Virus record (IMG/VR): IMGVR_UViG_3300026097_000027
Coordinates: 1-57,230 of that record
From: a virus
Taxonomy: Duplodnaviria; Caudoviricetes
DNA length: 57,230 nt
Reading direction: 5' to 3' (one strand)
In this document: positions 49,340 through 57,230 of the stretch, piece after piece
How the letters are laid out: each line of letters opens with the position of its first letter
Numbering within the stretch: position 1 is the stretch's first letter
Notes under the pieces: generated by a model
Databases searched by the model: none
The model's input: the letters and a program-made list of their open reading frames with translations, nothing else
Told to the model about the DNA's origin: nothing
Translations under genes and position numbers: made by a program

Positions 49340-49960
49340 ATGACTAAAAAATCAATAACAATTGGATTAGACAGAGACGGAACGATAAATGAAGATTTAG
49401 GTACTTATGTTACCAATCCTGGACAGTTTACTCCTATTGAAAACAGTTTGGAAGCTGTTGCACTTCTTAGAAGAAAAGGATACAATATTGTTGTATTAAC
49501 TAATCAAGCTGGAGTTAGCAAAGGTATAATGACTACAGATCAAGTTGCTACTGTGCATGATTATATGCTTAATCTGCTAGGTCAGGCCGGCTGCGCAAGT
49601 ATAGACGGAATTTACTATAGTCATACTAATTTCAAAGACGACTTCTTTGCTAAGCCTAATGTTGGAATGTTTAAGAAAGCAGAAGCTGAATGCAATTTAA
49701 AATTTAAAGGTGGCTTCTATGTTGGTGATAAGCTAACTGATTTAAAATCAGCAGAAAAAATAAAGGCTACTCCTGTATTAGTGCGCACTGGGTACGGTGA
49801 AGAAACAGAGAAAACGATAAAAAAGTTTACTTACAAAAATCTTAAGAAAAAAACTTTGATATTTGATAATTTATGGGAGTTTGCTTCTTCTTTACCTGAT
49901 ATTGATGCAAAAAATAATATAGTAACAGATTCGTTACATATTAAGAGTCGAATTATTTAA
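49340..49960 (+). CDS. gmhB: HAD phosphatase, GmhB/HisB-like (heptose-1,7-bisphosphate phosphatase-like)
   Basis: LDRDGTIN, TNQAG, KPN.GM, VGDK..D, LVRTGYG motifs. The Zn-binding Cys cluster of E. coli GmhB is absent. Confidence 0.75.
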   Translation: MTKKSITIGLDRDGTINEDLGTYVTNPGQFTPIENSLEAVALLRRKGYNIVVLTNQAGVSKGIMTTDQVATVHDYMLNLLGQAGCASIDGIYYSHTNFKDDFFAKPNVGMFKKAEAECNLKFKGGFYVGDKLTDLKSAEKIKATPVLVRTGYGEETEKTIKKFTYKNLKKKTLIFDNLWEFASSLPDIDAKNNIVTDSLHIKSRII

Positions 49961-50809
49961 AAAATATTCTTGATAGATATGATTAGCAAAATTTTTATGA
50001 TGTGTCACGCTTGGATGCATATCATTCTCTGCTGGAGGTATACTGGGATCAAGTATTACTTCACAACTGTTATGATCAACCGCAATTTCATACCAATCTC
50101 TAGGATTTGGAATTTCCCACGGTTCCTGCAGAGAAGGATCAAGATTCCTAGCAGCACTCTCTAGTTGTTCCAAGTATGGTTCAGCCTCGACACTTAGATG
50201 CATGACTCTTGCGCCCTTTGACTTTAAGAATCCGTCAGTCATAATCTGTAGCAATAGATAGTTGTGAAATCTGTCATATATTCCTAATGGATTGAATGCA
50301 TATTGTGTGCTTTCATGTATGTATGTGTACAATTGATCATCAACGGGACTTACAATATTACTGCCTATAGCACTAGCCTTGCTTGGGCTTAGTCCAAATA
50401 GTTTATTGAATCCAGGCCACATACAGGTGCTCCAGCTCTTCTTGGCATCTATGTAATGATGTAATGGAACTGAAGTTCTTGCAGGCCATTGCATGCTTAT
50501 TCTACCTAGGTATGTCCACATAACAATTACTAGATCATCACTCTGTATTTCGTCCGCGGCAACTGCACACTGCCTTGCAATCTGCTGGAAACAACTTCCG
50601 CGTCGCGCATGATTAACCACTGGCATACTAAGCAGATCGCCGAGTACTGCCGGCCAAGCGTGTTTGCTTGGTTTTAGTATGTGCTCATCTGACCAATGGC
50701 TAGGTCTGTCTAGTGCCGATTCTTCTTCTGCTGTGAGTGGCGGTCGTACCACGTCTGGAAGTGCGAAACCCTGTGTAATGCTGCAACCAAATGTGTGTAA
50801 TGTTGGCAT
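49934..50809 (-). CDS. SGNH hydrolase-like protein
   Basis: LHTFGCSIT.G, AWP..L, NHARRGS, DMHPS...H..FA motifs. Confidence 0.55.
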   Translation of the reverse strand: MPTLHTFGCSITQGFALPDVVRPPLTAEEESALDRPSHWSDEHILKPSKHAWPAVLGDLLSMPVVNHARRGSCFQQIARQCAVAADEIQSDDLVIVMWTYLGRISMQWPARTSVPLHHYIDAKKSWSTCMWPGFNKLFGLSPSKASAIGSNIVSPVDDQLYTYIHESTQYAFNPLGIYDRFHNYLLLQIMTDGFLKSKGARVMHLSVEAEPYLEQLESAARNLDPSLQEPWEIPNPRDWYEIAVDHNSCEVILDPSIPPAENDMHPSVTHHKNFANHIYQEYFLNNSTLNM

Positions 50810-50810
50810 G

Positions 50811-51425
50811 CTATTTTACCTCAACTATGTTTAATTCTTTTGTGCTATCGCCTATTGACCCCGTTGGCATTGTATTGAACGCAACGGAATATCTATAGTC
50901 GTTTGTATTCATATCTACATGATGTTTTAGTCTACTAGGAAACAATATTGCATAACCAGCCTTGATTGGTAATTTGAGTACTTGCCAAGTACATTCGTTA
51001 TGTTCCTCCCATTGTACTAATGGTCTAAGTGTGAATAGATCCTCTGTTTGAAAAGGGCTATGAAAGTTCAAAGGAGCACCGTCTGTTAGATAAAATACAC
51101 CACTTACATAACTGTTAGGATGCATATGAACATGTATTGGCTCATTCTTTTTAAGTGTATTGCCCCACGAACTAGTAATCCTTACTGCTTCTACTTGATG
51201 CCCTTGCTGTCTCGCATATTCATGTGATAATATTTCGCACTCTAGTTTCACATCCTTAAATATTTCAGCATCGAGCAATCTCTGTGTTACAGTTACGCTA
51301 CCATTATCACCGCCATATGCATATTCCTCATCACATACTTGCACATACTCTAACGCACTCTGTATATTTAAGCTGTGTATTGGTGCTACTCCTACCCAGG
51401 TGCCGAAAATTGGTATCATCTGCAT
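50811..51425 (-). CDS. 2OG-Fe(II) oxygenase (TIGR02466-like)
   Basis: SWGN, HMHPNSYVSGVFY, LFPSRLKHHV, RYSVAFN. Confidence 0.8.
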   Translation of the reverse strand: MQMIPIFGTWVGVAPIHSLNIQSALEYVQVCDEEYAYGGDNGSVTVTQRLLDAEIFKDVKLECEILSHEYARQQGHQVEAVRITSSWGNTLKKNEPIHVHMHPNSYVSGVFYLTDGAPLNFHSPFQTEDLFTLRPLVQWEEHNECTWQVLKLPIKAGYAILFPSRLKHHVDMNTNDYRYSVAFNTMPTGSIGDSTKELNIVEVK

Positions 51426-51452
51426 GTGTGTATCCTTGTATGATATAGTTAT

Positions 51453-51482
51453 AATATACAGTTAAGAAACAAAAAAAGTCAA
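51453..51482 (-). promoter_or_regulatory. Sigma70-type promoter TTGACT-N18-TATATT for the two minus-strand genes
   Basis: -35 at 51482-51477 and -10 at 51458-51453, then SD AAGGA and ATG 51425. Confidence 0.5.
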
Positions 51483-51570
51483 ATTTTTATTTCTTGATAC
51501 AATTACTTAAAGATTGTGTATCTTTTTACATTATTAATTATCCTAGCATTAACTGTAAACCGTAGTTATT

Positions 51571-51578
51571 GATAAATA
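51571..51578 (+). promoter_or_regulatory. Late promoter GATAAATA
   Basis: TAAATA core 21 nt before ATG 51599. Confidence 0.55.
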
Positions 51579-51598
51579 TGTTATAAACGAGATTATAT

Positions 51599-52801
51599 AT
51601 GCCTAGTACAGAAACATTTAATTTTATTAGAATTATTCCTAGAGAATCGGGATTCCTATCGAGACGAGTTGGATCTAGAGGTGAGTTATTTTGGGATCGA
51701 GAAAATAATAGTTTAACATTATTTGACGGTGTTACTAAGGGAGGACTTGATTTAGCCAGAGCCGATTTAAGTAACATTTCTGACAGTGATTTTGCAGCAA
51801 AAGCTGCATCGGCAGGAATATCAGCCAGCGACGGAAGCAGTATTGCTGGTAGTGGAAGTACCAGCGTAACTGTAGGCGAATCTTTACCTGTATCCCCAGA
51901 AAATGGCAACTTATGGTTAAACACCACTAACGGTGCCTTATATGTATATATCGACGATGGTGATTCTGAACAATGGATACAACCAGCATTTCCTGCATTT
52001 AGTGGAGACTATGACGACTTAAATAATAAACCGACACTTCCGTCGTTCGCAGATGTTATAGGCGACCCTTATGTATCAGGCACCTATGATTTCGGAGCTA
52101 ATAGAATTTTATTTGCAAATGTGTATTCTAGTTTAGGAGATTTACCCGATGCTAGTACCTATCATGGAATGTTTGCACATGTTCATGCTACAGGAAAAGC
52201 ATATTATGCCCACGCAGGAAATTGGGTAGAGCTTGCTGATCAATCTGATATTGGTGTACCTGCAACAATAAGTTCTACAATTTTAGGAGATGATTCGACA
52301 TTATTAGTAGATACTAGTACTAGCGAATTAAACACTTATGCTTTATCACAGGTTAGTGCAACTGACGGTCAAGCATTACTGTGGAATACATCTAATAGTC
52401 GTTGGCAACCCGGCGATGTATCACTAGGAAGTTTTTCGTTTACAGGAACAAACATAGATACAACCGATTCGTCTGCAATCACAGTAACACCTGCAATTAC
52501 TATGCAGAGTGATTTAACGGTAGAAAACGATTTAGTTACTGAAAGAGCGTTTATTACAGATTTAACACTAACTGGAGAAATTTCCAGCCAAGGGTCAGGA
52601 ACTCCAGAAATTGTATCAGATAACGAAATTAATCTAGATGCTGGAACTAGAGTAGATCTTACAACAGGCCCAATAAGAATGGCTAGATTTACTACCGCCC
52701 AACGAGATGCACTTGTTGCTCAAAATGGCGATGTTATATATAACACAACACTCAATAAATTTCAAGGTTATGAAAACGGCAGCTGGACTAATTTAATTTA
52801 A
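51599..52801 (+). CDS. Tail fibre-like structural protein
   Basis: GELFWD...L.LFDG.T.GG N-terminus; P..P.NG.LW..T..G.LYVY; YHGMFAHVHATG..YYAHAG.W; RD.L.A.NGD.IYNTT.NKFQGYENG.W C-terminus. Confidence 0.65.
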   Translation: MPSTETFNFIRIIPRESGFLSRRVGSRGELFWDRENNSLTLFDGVTKGGLDLARADLSNISDSDFAAKAASAGISASDGSSIAGSGSTSVTVGESLPVSPENGNLWLNTTNGALYVYIDDGDSEQWIQPAFPAFSGDYDDLNNKPTLPSFADVIGDPYVSGTYDFGANRILFANVYSSLGDLPDASTYHGMFAHVHATGKAYYAHAGNWVELADQSDIGVPATISSTILGDDSTLLVDTSTSELNTYALSQVSATDGQALLWNTSNSRWQPGDVSLGSFSFTGTNIDTTDSSAITVTPAITMQSDLTVENDLVTERAFITDLTLTGEISSQGSGTPEIVSDNEINLDAGTRVDLTTGPIRMARFTTAQRDALVAQNGDVIYNTTLNKFQGYENGSWTNLI

Positions 52802-52809
52802 GGTAGACT

Positions 52810-54846
52810 ATGTCGGAAAAATTTTACCAATTAGGAACGCATACCACCGAAGAGTGGATTGAACTACATCAAGAGTTGATAAATGATGGAAATCAATACG
52901 AAGCAGTTCCGACAAGAGCAGTCCGAGTTGAGGATGATAAGCCTCATAGTCCTACAAGAGGTACTTATTTACTTACTGAAGATGAAGCCAACGAATTAAA
53001 ACAAGATTCTAGAGTAAAATTTATTAATATAGACTATTCTAAATATCCGGAAGAGTTTGCTCCTCCACCAAAAGAACTTCAAATGACAGCTCCTCCTCTA
53101 CTATCTAGATATTCTGGATCTATAAAGAATTATAGAGAATTTGAAACATCAGATACTCTTCCAGGAAGTCCAGATGCTACAGATTCAAATAGAACTGGAT
53201 ATCAATTAACACGCTGCCAACAATTTTTAGATCCTTGGGTAGATGGATCTTTAGCTGACAGTGCTGTAGTTAACACCAATATACAACAATACGGTACAGG
53301 AAAGAATGTAGATGTTGTAGTAGCAGACGAAGGAATGTGGATAGGACATCCAGAATTTCAAAACAATTGTGTTCTTTCATCAGATAGTCAAACAAGTGTG
53401 GAAAATCCAAATGGTTACACCGGAGGAAACTTACTTCCGGGCAATGGTACTTGTGATGTGTTAGATTTGGTATTAGATTCACCTTACTATATTGACCCAG
53501 AGTGGTTCGACGCTGATCCAGACAATAGATTAACAACTCGTTGGGATAGTACTCGAGTCCCAGTTGAAAGCGTAGCAAGAACATGGTGGAGTAATGCTAG
53601 TCAGAGAAGCAGTAAGTTTGCCGATGCTGGTACTGTTATTATTAGCAGTAACTATACAAGATTAAATACCAGCGGAGATAATACCCAACAACCAATTACC
53701 ATTGGACCGATATCTGAAGGTGAGCACGGAACACCTTGCGGTGCTCTTACATTTGGTAGAACACAAGGCTGGGCTTATAATGCCAATAAATGGACATTAG
53801 ATTTATATGGAAGTTATGGCAGTGGAATCGAACAAGGATTCGATTTAACAAAACTATTTCATCAACTAAAACCAGTAAACTCAGAGTATAACACAAAAGA
53901 TCCTACAATAATGTCTAACAGCTGGGGATATAGAGCTAACAAAGATCCAGGCGGTAGTACATATTATTATACTCATCGTGCATCTGCTAATAACTCGTAT
54001 ACTTCTGAACCGTTGTTTATTTCTCATATGGGCACACAAGGAGACACTGGTCGTTGGAAGTCAGAAATGAAAACTAACTCACTAACTACTGCCCAAGACG
54101 AGCTTATCGACAGCGGAGTTATTTTTGTAGTTGCTTCAGGAAACAGCAACCAAAAACAAGTACAATCAGATCATCCAGATTATGATAATTATATTACAGA
54201 CACAGATGGCGGGAGTTTAGCAGATTCTAACTTCACTGAGTTTGGTGTAAATGTATTTGGGACTACAAATCGAAGAGGATTCCCTCAACAAGGCGGAATG
54301 TATACCGACGAGAACGGATTAATACAATATAAAACTATTAACATAGGTGCATTAGATGATGATTTTAACACAGGATTAGAATCTAAAGTAAGCTATAGTG
54401 ATAGAGGAAACGGTATAGATCTATATGCTCCTGCTGATGGAACACTAGCGGCAAACAAAACTTATACTAATGAAGGCCCAAGGCCAGATACATATAATGG
54501 ATTAACATTTAATGGTGGCACAGCACACGACTGTGCGTTTGGCGGAACAAGTGCCGCCTGTCCAGTAGCTTGCGGACTGCTTGCTACCGTGTTAGAACAT
54601 AACAGAGATTGGACTTGGAGAGAAATGTTAGAATGGTTGGAATCTTTGCAAAATCAGGATGCCAGTGACTTTTATTACGGCGTAGAATCAACAACTCCTA
54701 CTGACGCAAATTGGGAAGATTACGAAAGTTTAGAAGGCGGCCCAGCAAAGGTTATATACCAGGCAAATATAGATCAGAGATTCATACCAGGGGAAAGAAA
54801 AGTTTTTTCTAACCTGCGTGTCAGCGGATTGCGATTTAAAAAATAA
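52810..54846 (+). CDS. Subtilisin-like serine protease (S8)
   Basis: Catalytic motifs VVVADEG (D), EHGTPCG (H), ASGNS (oxyanion N), FGGTSAACP (S); prodomain-like N-terminus. Confidence 0.85.
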   Translation: MSEKFYQLGTHTTEEWIELHQELINDGNQYEAVPTRAVRVEDDKPHSPTRGTYLLTEDEANELKQDSRVKFINIDYSKYPEEFAPPPKELQMTAPPLLSRYSGSIKNYREFETSDTLPGSPDATDSNRTGYQLTRCQQFLDPWVDGSLADSAVVNTNIQQYGTGKNVDVVVADEGMWIGHPEFQNNCVLSSDSQTSVENPNGYTGGNLLPGNGTCDVLDLVLDSPYYIDPEWFDADPDNRLTTRWDSTRVPVESVARTWWSNASQRSSKFADAGTVIISSNYTRLNTSGDNTQQPITIGPISEGEHGTPCGALTFGRTQGWAYNANKWTLDLYGSYGSGIEQGFDLTKLFHQLKPVNSEYNTKDPTIMSNSWGYRANKDPGGSTYYYTHRASANNSYTSEPLFISHMGTQGDTGRWKSEMKTNSLTTAQDELIDSGVIFVVASGNSNQKQVQSDHPDYDNYITDTDGGSLADSNFTEFGVNVFGTTNRRGFPQQGGMYTDENGLIQYKTINIGALDDDFNTGLESKVSYSDRGNGIDLYAPADGTLAANKTYTNEGPRPDTYNGLTFNGGTAHDCAFGGTSAACPVACGLLATVLEHNRDWTWREMLEWLESLQNQDASDFYYGVESTTPTDANWEDYESLEGGPAKVIYQANIDQRFIPGERKVFSNLRVSGLRFKK

Positions 54847-54849
54847 ATA
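54842..54849 (+). promoter_or_regulatory. Late promoter AATAAATA
   Basis: Overlaps the protease stop codon; precedes SD AAGGA and ATG 54868. Confidence 0.55.
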
Positions 54850-54867
54850 TATTATTAAGGAATTAAA

Positions 54868-55731
54868 ATGGCACTAAACTTTCCAACAGACCCACAAACA
54901 GACGATACATATAGCGAAGGCGACGTTACCTGGCAGTTTGATGGAACTGCATGGAACATTGTAAGTTCCTCGACTGCCGCATCAATTCCTAATTCTTTTA
55001 ATATAATATCAGTCGATGGACAAAGCAATGTAGTAGCAGATTCGACAAACGATACATTAACACTAGTTGCAGGATCTAATGTTATTATTACTACCGATGC
55101 TGATACTGATACAGTAACCATAGGAAGCACAGTGTCTGGAGGCGGCGATGGTGTTGAGCAAAATTTATTTGCTACCGTAGAAGGAGATAGTGGAAGCACA
55201 ACGGCTAATACTTCAACAGATACACTTACTATAGCTGGAGGATCTAGTATATCTACAGCCGTTTCTGGTGACACACTAACTATAAACTATTCAGGTTCTT
55301 CTGGGGCATCTTCATTTACTGATTTAGATGATTCTGCATCTTTAACCGTGGATAGATTTTACTTGCCAGCTATTACTATGTTAGCAGTATCAAATAACGG
55401 CGCAAGTGCTTACAGATTTGATCAATACGGCACTAGTGATAATCCGACAATTTTTACAATAAGCGGAACAACAATTGCATTTAACCTTAATATTCCAGGC
55501 CACCCATTTTTAATACAAGATTCTACAGGTACAAATTTTAATACAGGATTAATTCATGTGTCTACAACTGGAACAGTAAGTACTGGAGCAGATGCCCAAG
55601 GAAAAACTAGCGGAACATTATATTGGAAAATACCAATCAGTACTACTTCACCACCTAACTATAGATATCAATGTTCAGTACACGGCGTTATGGTCGGAGC
55701 AATAACAATTAAGAGTTTTTCAGCTATTTAA
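54868..55731 (+). CDS. Virion protein with fibre repeats and C-terminal cupredoxin-like domain
   Basis: MALNFP..P...D......W.FDGT.W start; two AD...DTLT..G repeats; GHPF...YRYQCSVHGVMVG.I. Confidence 0.65.
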   Translation: MALNFPTDPQTDDTYSEGDVTWQFDGTAWNIVSSSTAASIPNSFNIISVDGQSNVVADSTNDTLTLVAGSNVIITTDADTDTVTIGSTVSGGGDGVEQNLFATVEGDSGSTTANTSTDTLTIAGGSSISTAVSGDTLTINYSGSSGASSFTDLDDSASLTVDRFYLPAITMLAVSNNGASAYRFDQYGTSDNPTIFTISGTTIAFNLNIPGHPFLIQDSTGTNFNTGLIHVSTTGTVSTGADAQGKTSGTLYWKIPISTTSPPNYRYQCSVHGVMVGAITIKSFSAI

Positions 55732-55999
55732 CTTTTGCTCGATCATAATCTTCTAAAAGCTTTGCAATTTTTCTTCTAATGTCTACAACTTTATGTTTAG
55801 AATCGGCTGTAATATCAGCTAATGTATTTCGATTAACCAGTAATTGATGCTGTCGATCGATATTTCGAATTTCTGCAATTAATTTTTCTAATAACCCTTC
55901 TAATTCTGCTTTAACTCTCATATTATCTAATGCATCAATTTTTTTTCTATATTCATTATATTCATTCTGAAATTTTTCACTCTTTTCAAGAGATACCAT
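55724..55999 (-). CDS. Hypothetical helical protein
   Basis: 91-aa ORF overlapping the end of the upstream minus-strand gene. Confidence 0.6.
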   Translation of the reverse strand: MVSLEKSEKFQNEYNEYRKKIDALDNMRVKAELEGLLEKLIAEIRNIDRQHQLLVNRNTLADITADSKHKVVDIRRKIAKLLEDYDRAKVK

Positions 56000-56369
56000 T
56001 TTCCAACTCCATAATTGTTTCTATCTTGGTTCTGATTAGATTATTATTTAATGTGTTTTTTAAACCGTTGTGTAAATTTTTTGGCATTTTATTTAAACTG
56101 CTCCAGCATATTGTAGAGCTTGCTGTTGTTAAAAATTCATCTTCTACTAAACAAACATATGTACCGTACTCAAATCCTCTATCTTGACTCAAATATAATT
56201 CTATAGGAAGGATTTTACCACGACTGTAACTAGTTAGAAGTTCTTCAGCATCAGCTAATAGTGTGCTAGTTCTTGGAAATGTAGGAACGGTCCACTTTTG
56301 ATCTTCTAAAATCAGTAGTAGTCGTTCTGTAGATTTTGCTAGAAATAATAGTCCGGCTCGCTGTTGCAT
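55986..56369 (-). CDS. Degenerate NUDIX-fold-like protein
   Basis: AGLLF.A..T.R.LL...W..P start and F.Y.TYVCLV.DEF...W.....P..LH.GL end. The Nudix box (GX5EX7REUXEE) is missing. Confidence 0.45.
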   Translation of the reverse strand: MQQRAGLLFLAKSTERLLLILEDQKWTVPTFPRTSTLLADAEELLTSYSRGKILPIELYLSQDRGFEYGTYVCLVEDEFLTTASSTICWSSLNKMPKNLHNGLKNTLNNNLIRTKIETIMELENGIS

Positions 56370-56380
56370 AATATTAGTTA

Positions 56381-57230
56381 TTATGCGTTTACATCAAATC
56401 GCCAGAAACCTGGTGCATATTCACCTTCGAAACTCTTGAGCCACTGTTCTCCGTCCCACTTGTATTGGATACCTGTGCGGAGATTTTGTATGTACGACGG
56501 AGTAGGTGCAGTATTTGGATTTAATATTTCTGTCCAGCGAGCGCCGTCCCATTCTACAATACTGTTAGCTACTAATCTATAACTTGTTTGTGTGCTTCCG
56601 TCTGTGCCTTTCCAGCCTTCTGGACCATCAACATTATTCGGATCGCCTATTGTTTCTAATAGCAAATATCTAGTTCCTACTGGAATATCACCTAAGCTGC
56701 CCCAGTTTTTAACAGGATTAAATGTCAAAGGATTAACAATAGCATCTATTGTACCTCTTGCTTCTACACCTGTAACCGTGCTAGGTATTAGTGTATTTGT
56801 AGGTATAGTATCGCTATCAAATGTAACCACAAGCGTGTCGGGATTTACGGGATTGATTGCATATGTTCCTACAAGATCATATCCGTTAGGTTGTGTAAAG
56901 TATATGTTACTGCCCGGCCTAATTCCACCTTTGATATTTAGGATAGATTCCCAATTGACTTCATCGCCTAGTTTTGTTTCCAATCCTAATTCCGTTGCTC
57001 GTTGTACAATATCTGTTTTATCCAACAGTGTAACATTATAATCGTACGGTTGTCCGTTGTTTGATTTTAACAATAATACACCATAATCGAATCCAGGTGT
57101 AATAACCTGTGCGTCACCGTTCTGTTGATCGAACACAATGTTTTCTAAATTCTGTATGTCACCTGATTCTGTAAAGATGTTAGAAATTATAGTTTGTACA
57201 ATACCGAGACGTTTGACTTTTGCAGGAGGC
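56381..57230 (-). CDS. Tail completion/sheath stabiliser gp15-like protein, C-terminal part (partial)
   Basis: The frame stays open to the window edge: PPAKVKRLGIVQTIISNIFTESG... precedes the ORF-track start. The PPAKVK.LG motif is recalled from gp15-like proteins of this phage group. Confidence 0.5.
   Translation of the reverse strand, partial: PPAKVKRLGIVQTIISNIFTESGDIQNLENIVFDQQNGDAQVITPGFDYGVLLLKSNNGQPYDYNVTLLDKTDIVQRATELGLETKLGDEVNWESILNIKGGIRPGSNIYFTQPNGYDLVGTYAINPVNPDTLVVTFDSDTIPTNTLIPSTVTGVEARGTIDAIVNPLTFNPVKNWGSLGDIPVGTRYLLLETIGDPNNVDGPEGWKGTDGSTQTSYRLVANSIVEWDGARWTEILNPNTAPTPSYIQNLRTGIQYKWDGEQWLKSFEGEYAPGFWRFDVNA

Noticed and set aside
51538-51927. Minus-strand ORF ending LQLMLG, similar to the ALMLG end of 24394-25446 (14/15-nt match)
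   Set aside because: It is mostly antisense to a real fibre gene, and the match is short and AT-rich, so chance is the likeliest explanation.
4587-57041. Numerous antisense or nested ORFs in the ORF track (e.g. 4587-5132, 16518-16805, 29541-30065, 37685-38278, 56592-57041)
   Set aside because: They lie opposite or inside well-supported genes and have the biased composition expected of shadow frames.
1-57230. Stop-codon reassignment, introns or inteins in core genes
   Set aside because: TAA, TAG and TGA all end genes at sensible positions, coding density is high under the standard code, and portal, protease, capsid, gp46 and gp47 are uninterrupted and of plausible length.

Overview
An AT-rich 57-kb segment of a large T4-like tailed phage (myovirus-type Caudoviricetes), read with the standard genetic code. 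In order: minus-strand baseplate genes (partial gp5-like spike, hub, gp53-like, tube initiator); a plus-strand block under host sigma70-type promoters (gp55-like late sigma factor, gp47/gp46 recombination nuclease, small basic protein, minimal GIY-YIG nuclease); a ~500-nt highly structured non-coding region; gp26/gp51-like chaperones joined by a likely -1 frameshift; tape measure; the head module (portal, protease, scaffold, major capsid); and a long run of virion and fibre genes. That run includes two giant paralogous fibres, an S74-chaperone fibre and two near-identical Cys/Gly-rich adhesin-like genes. It is followed by an enzyme cluster (GT9-like glycosyltransferase, carbamoyltransferase, five 2OG-Fe(II) oxygenases, two SGNH-like proteins, GmhB-like phosphatase), a subtilase, a cupredoxin-tipped protein and a partial gp15-like gene. 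Late genes are preceded by nnTAAATA promoters. Best candidates for new biology: (1) the large ornate RNA directly behind the minimal GIY-YIG nuclease; (2) phycobiliprotein-like C-x-R/Q-D helical repeats inside the largest fibre; (3) the gp26-gp51 frameshift; (4) the heptose/carbamoyl/hydroxylation cluster beside the duplicated adhesins; (5) two structured late 5' leaders. All family calls come from motifs recognised by eye, not from database searches.
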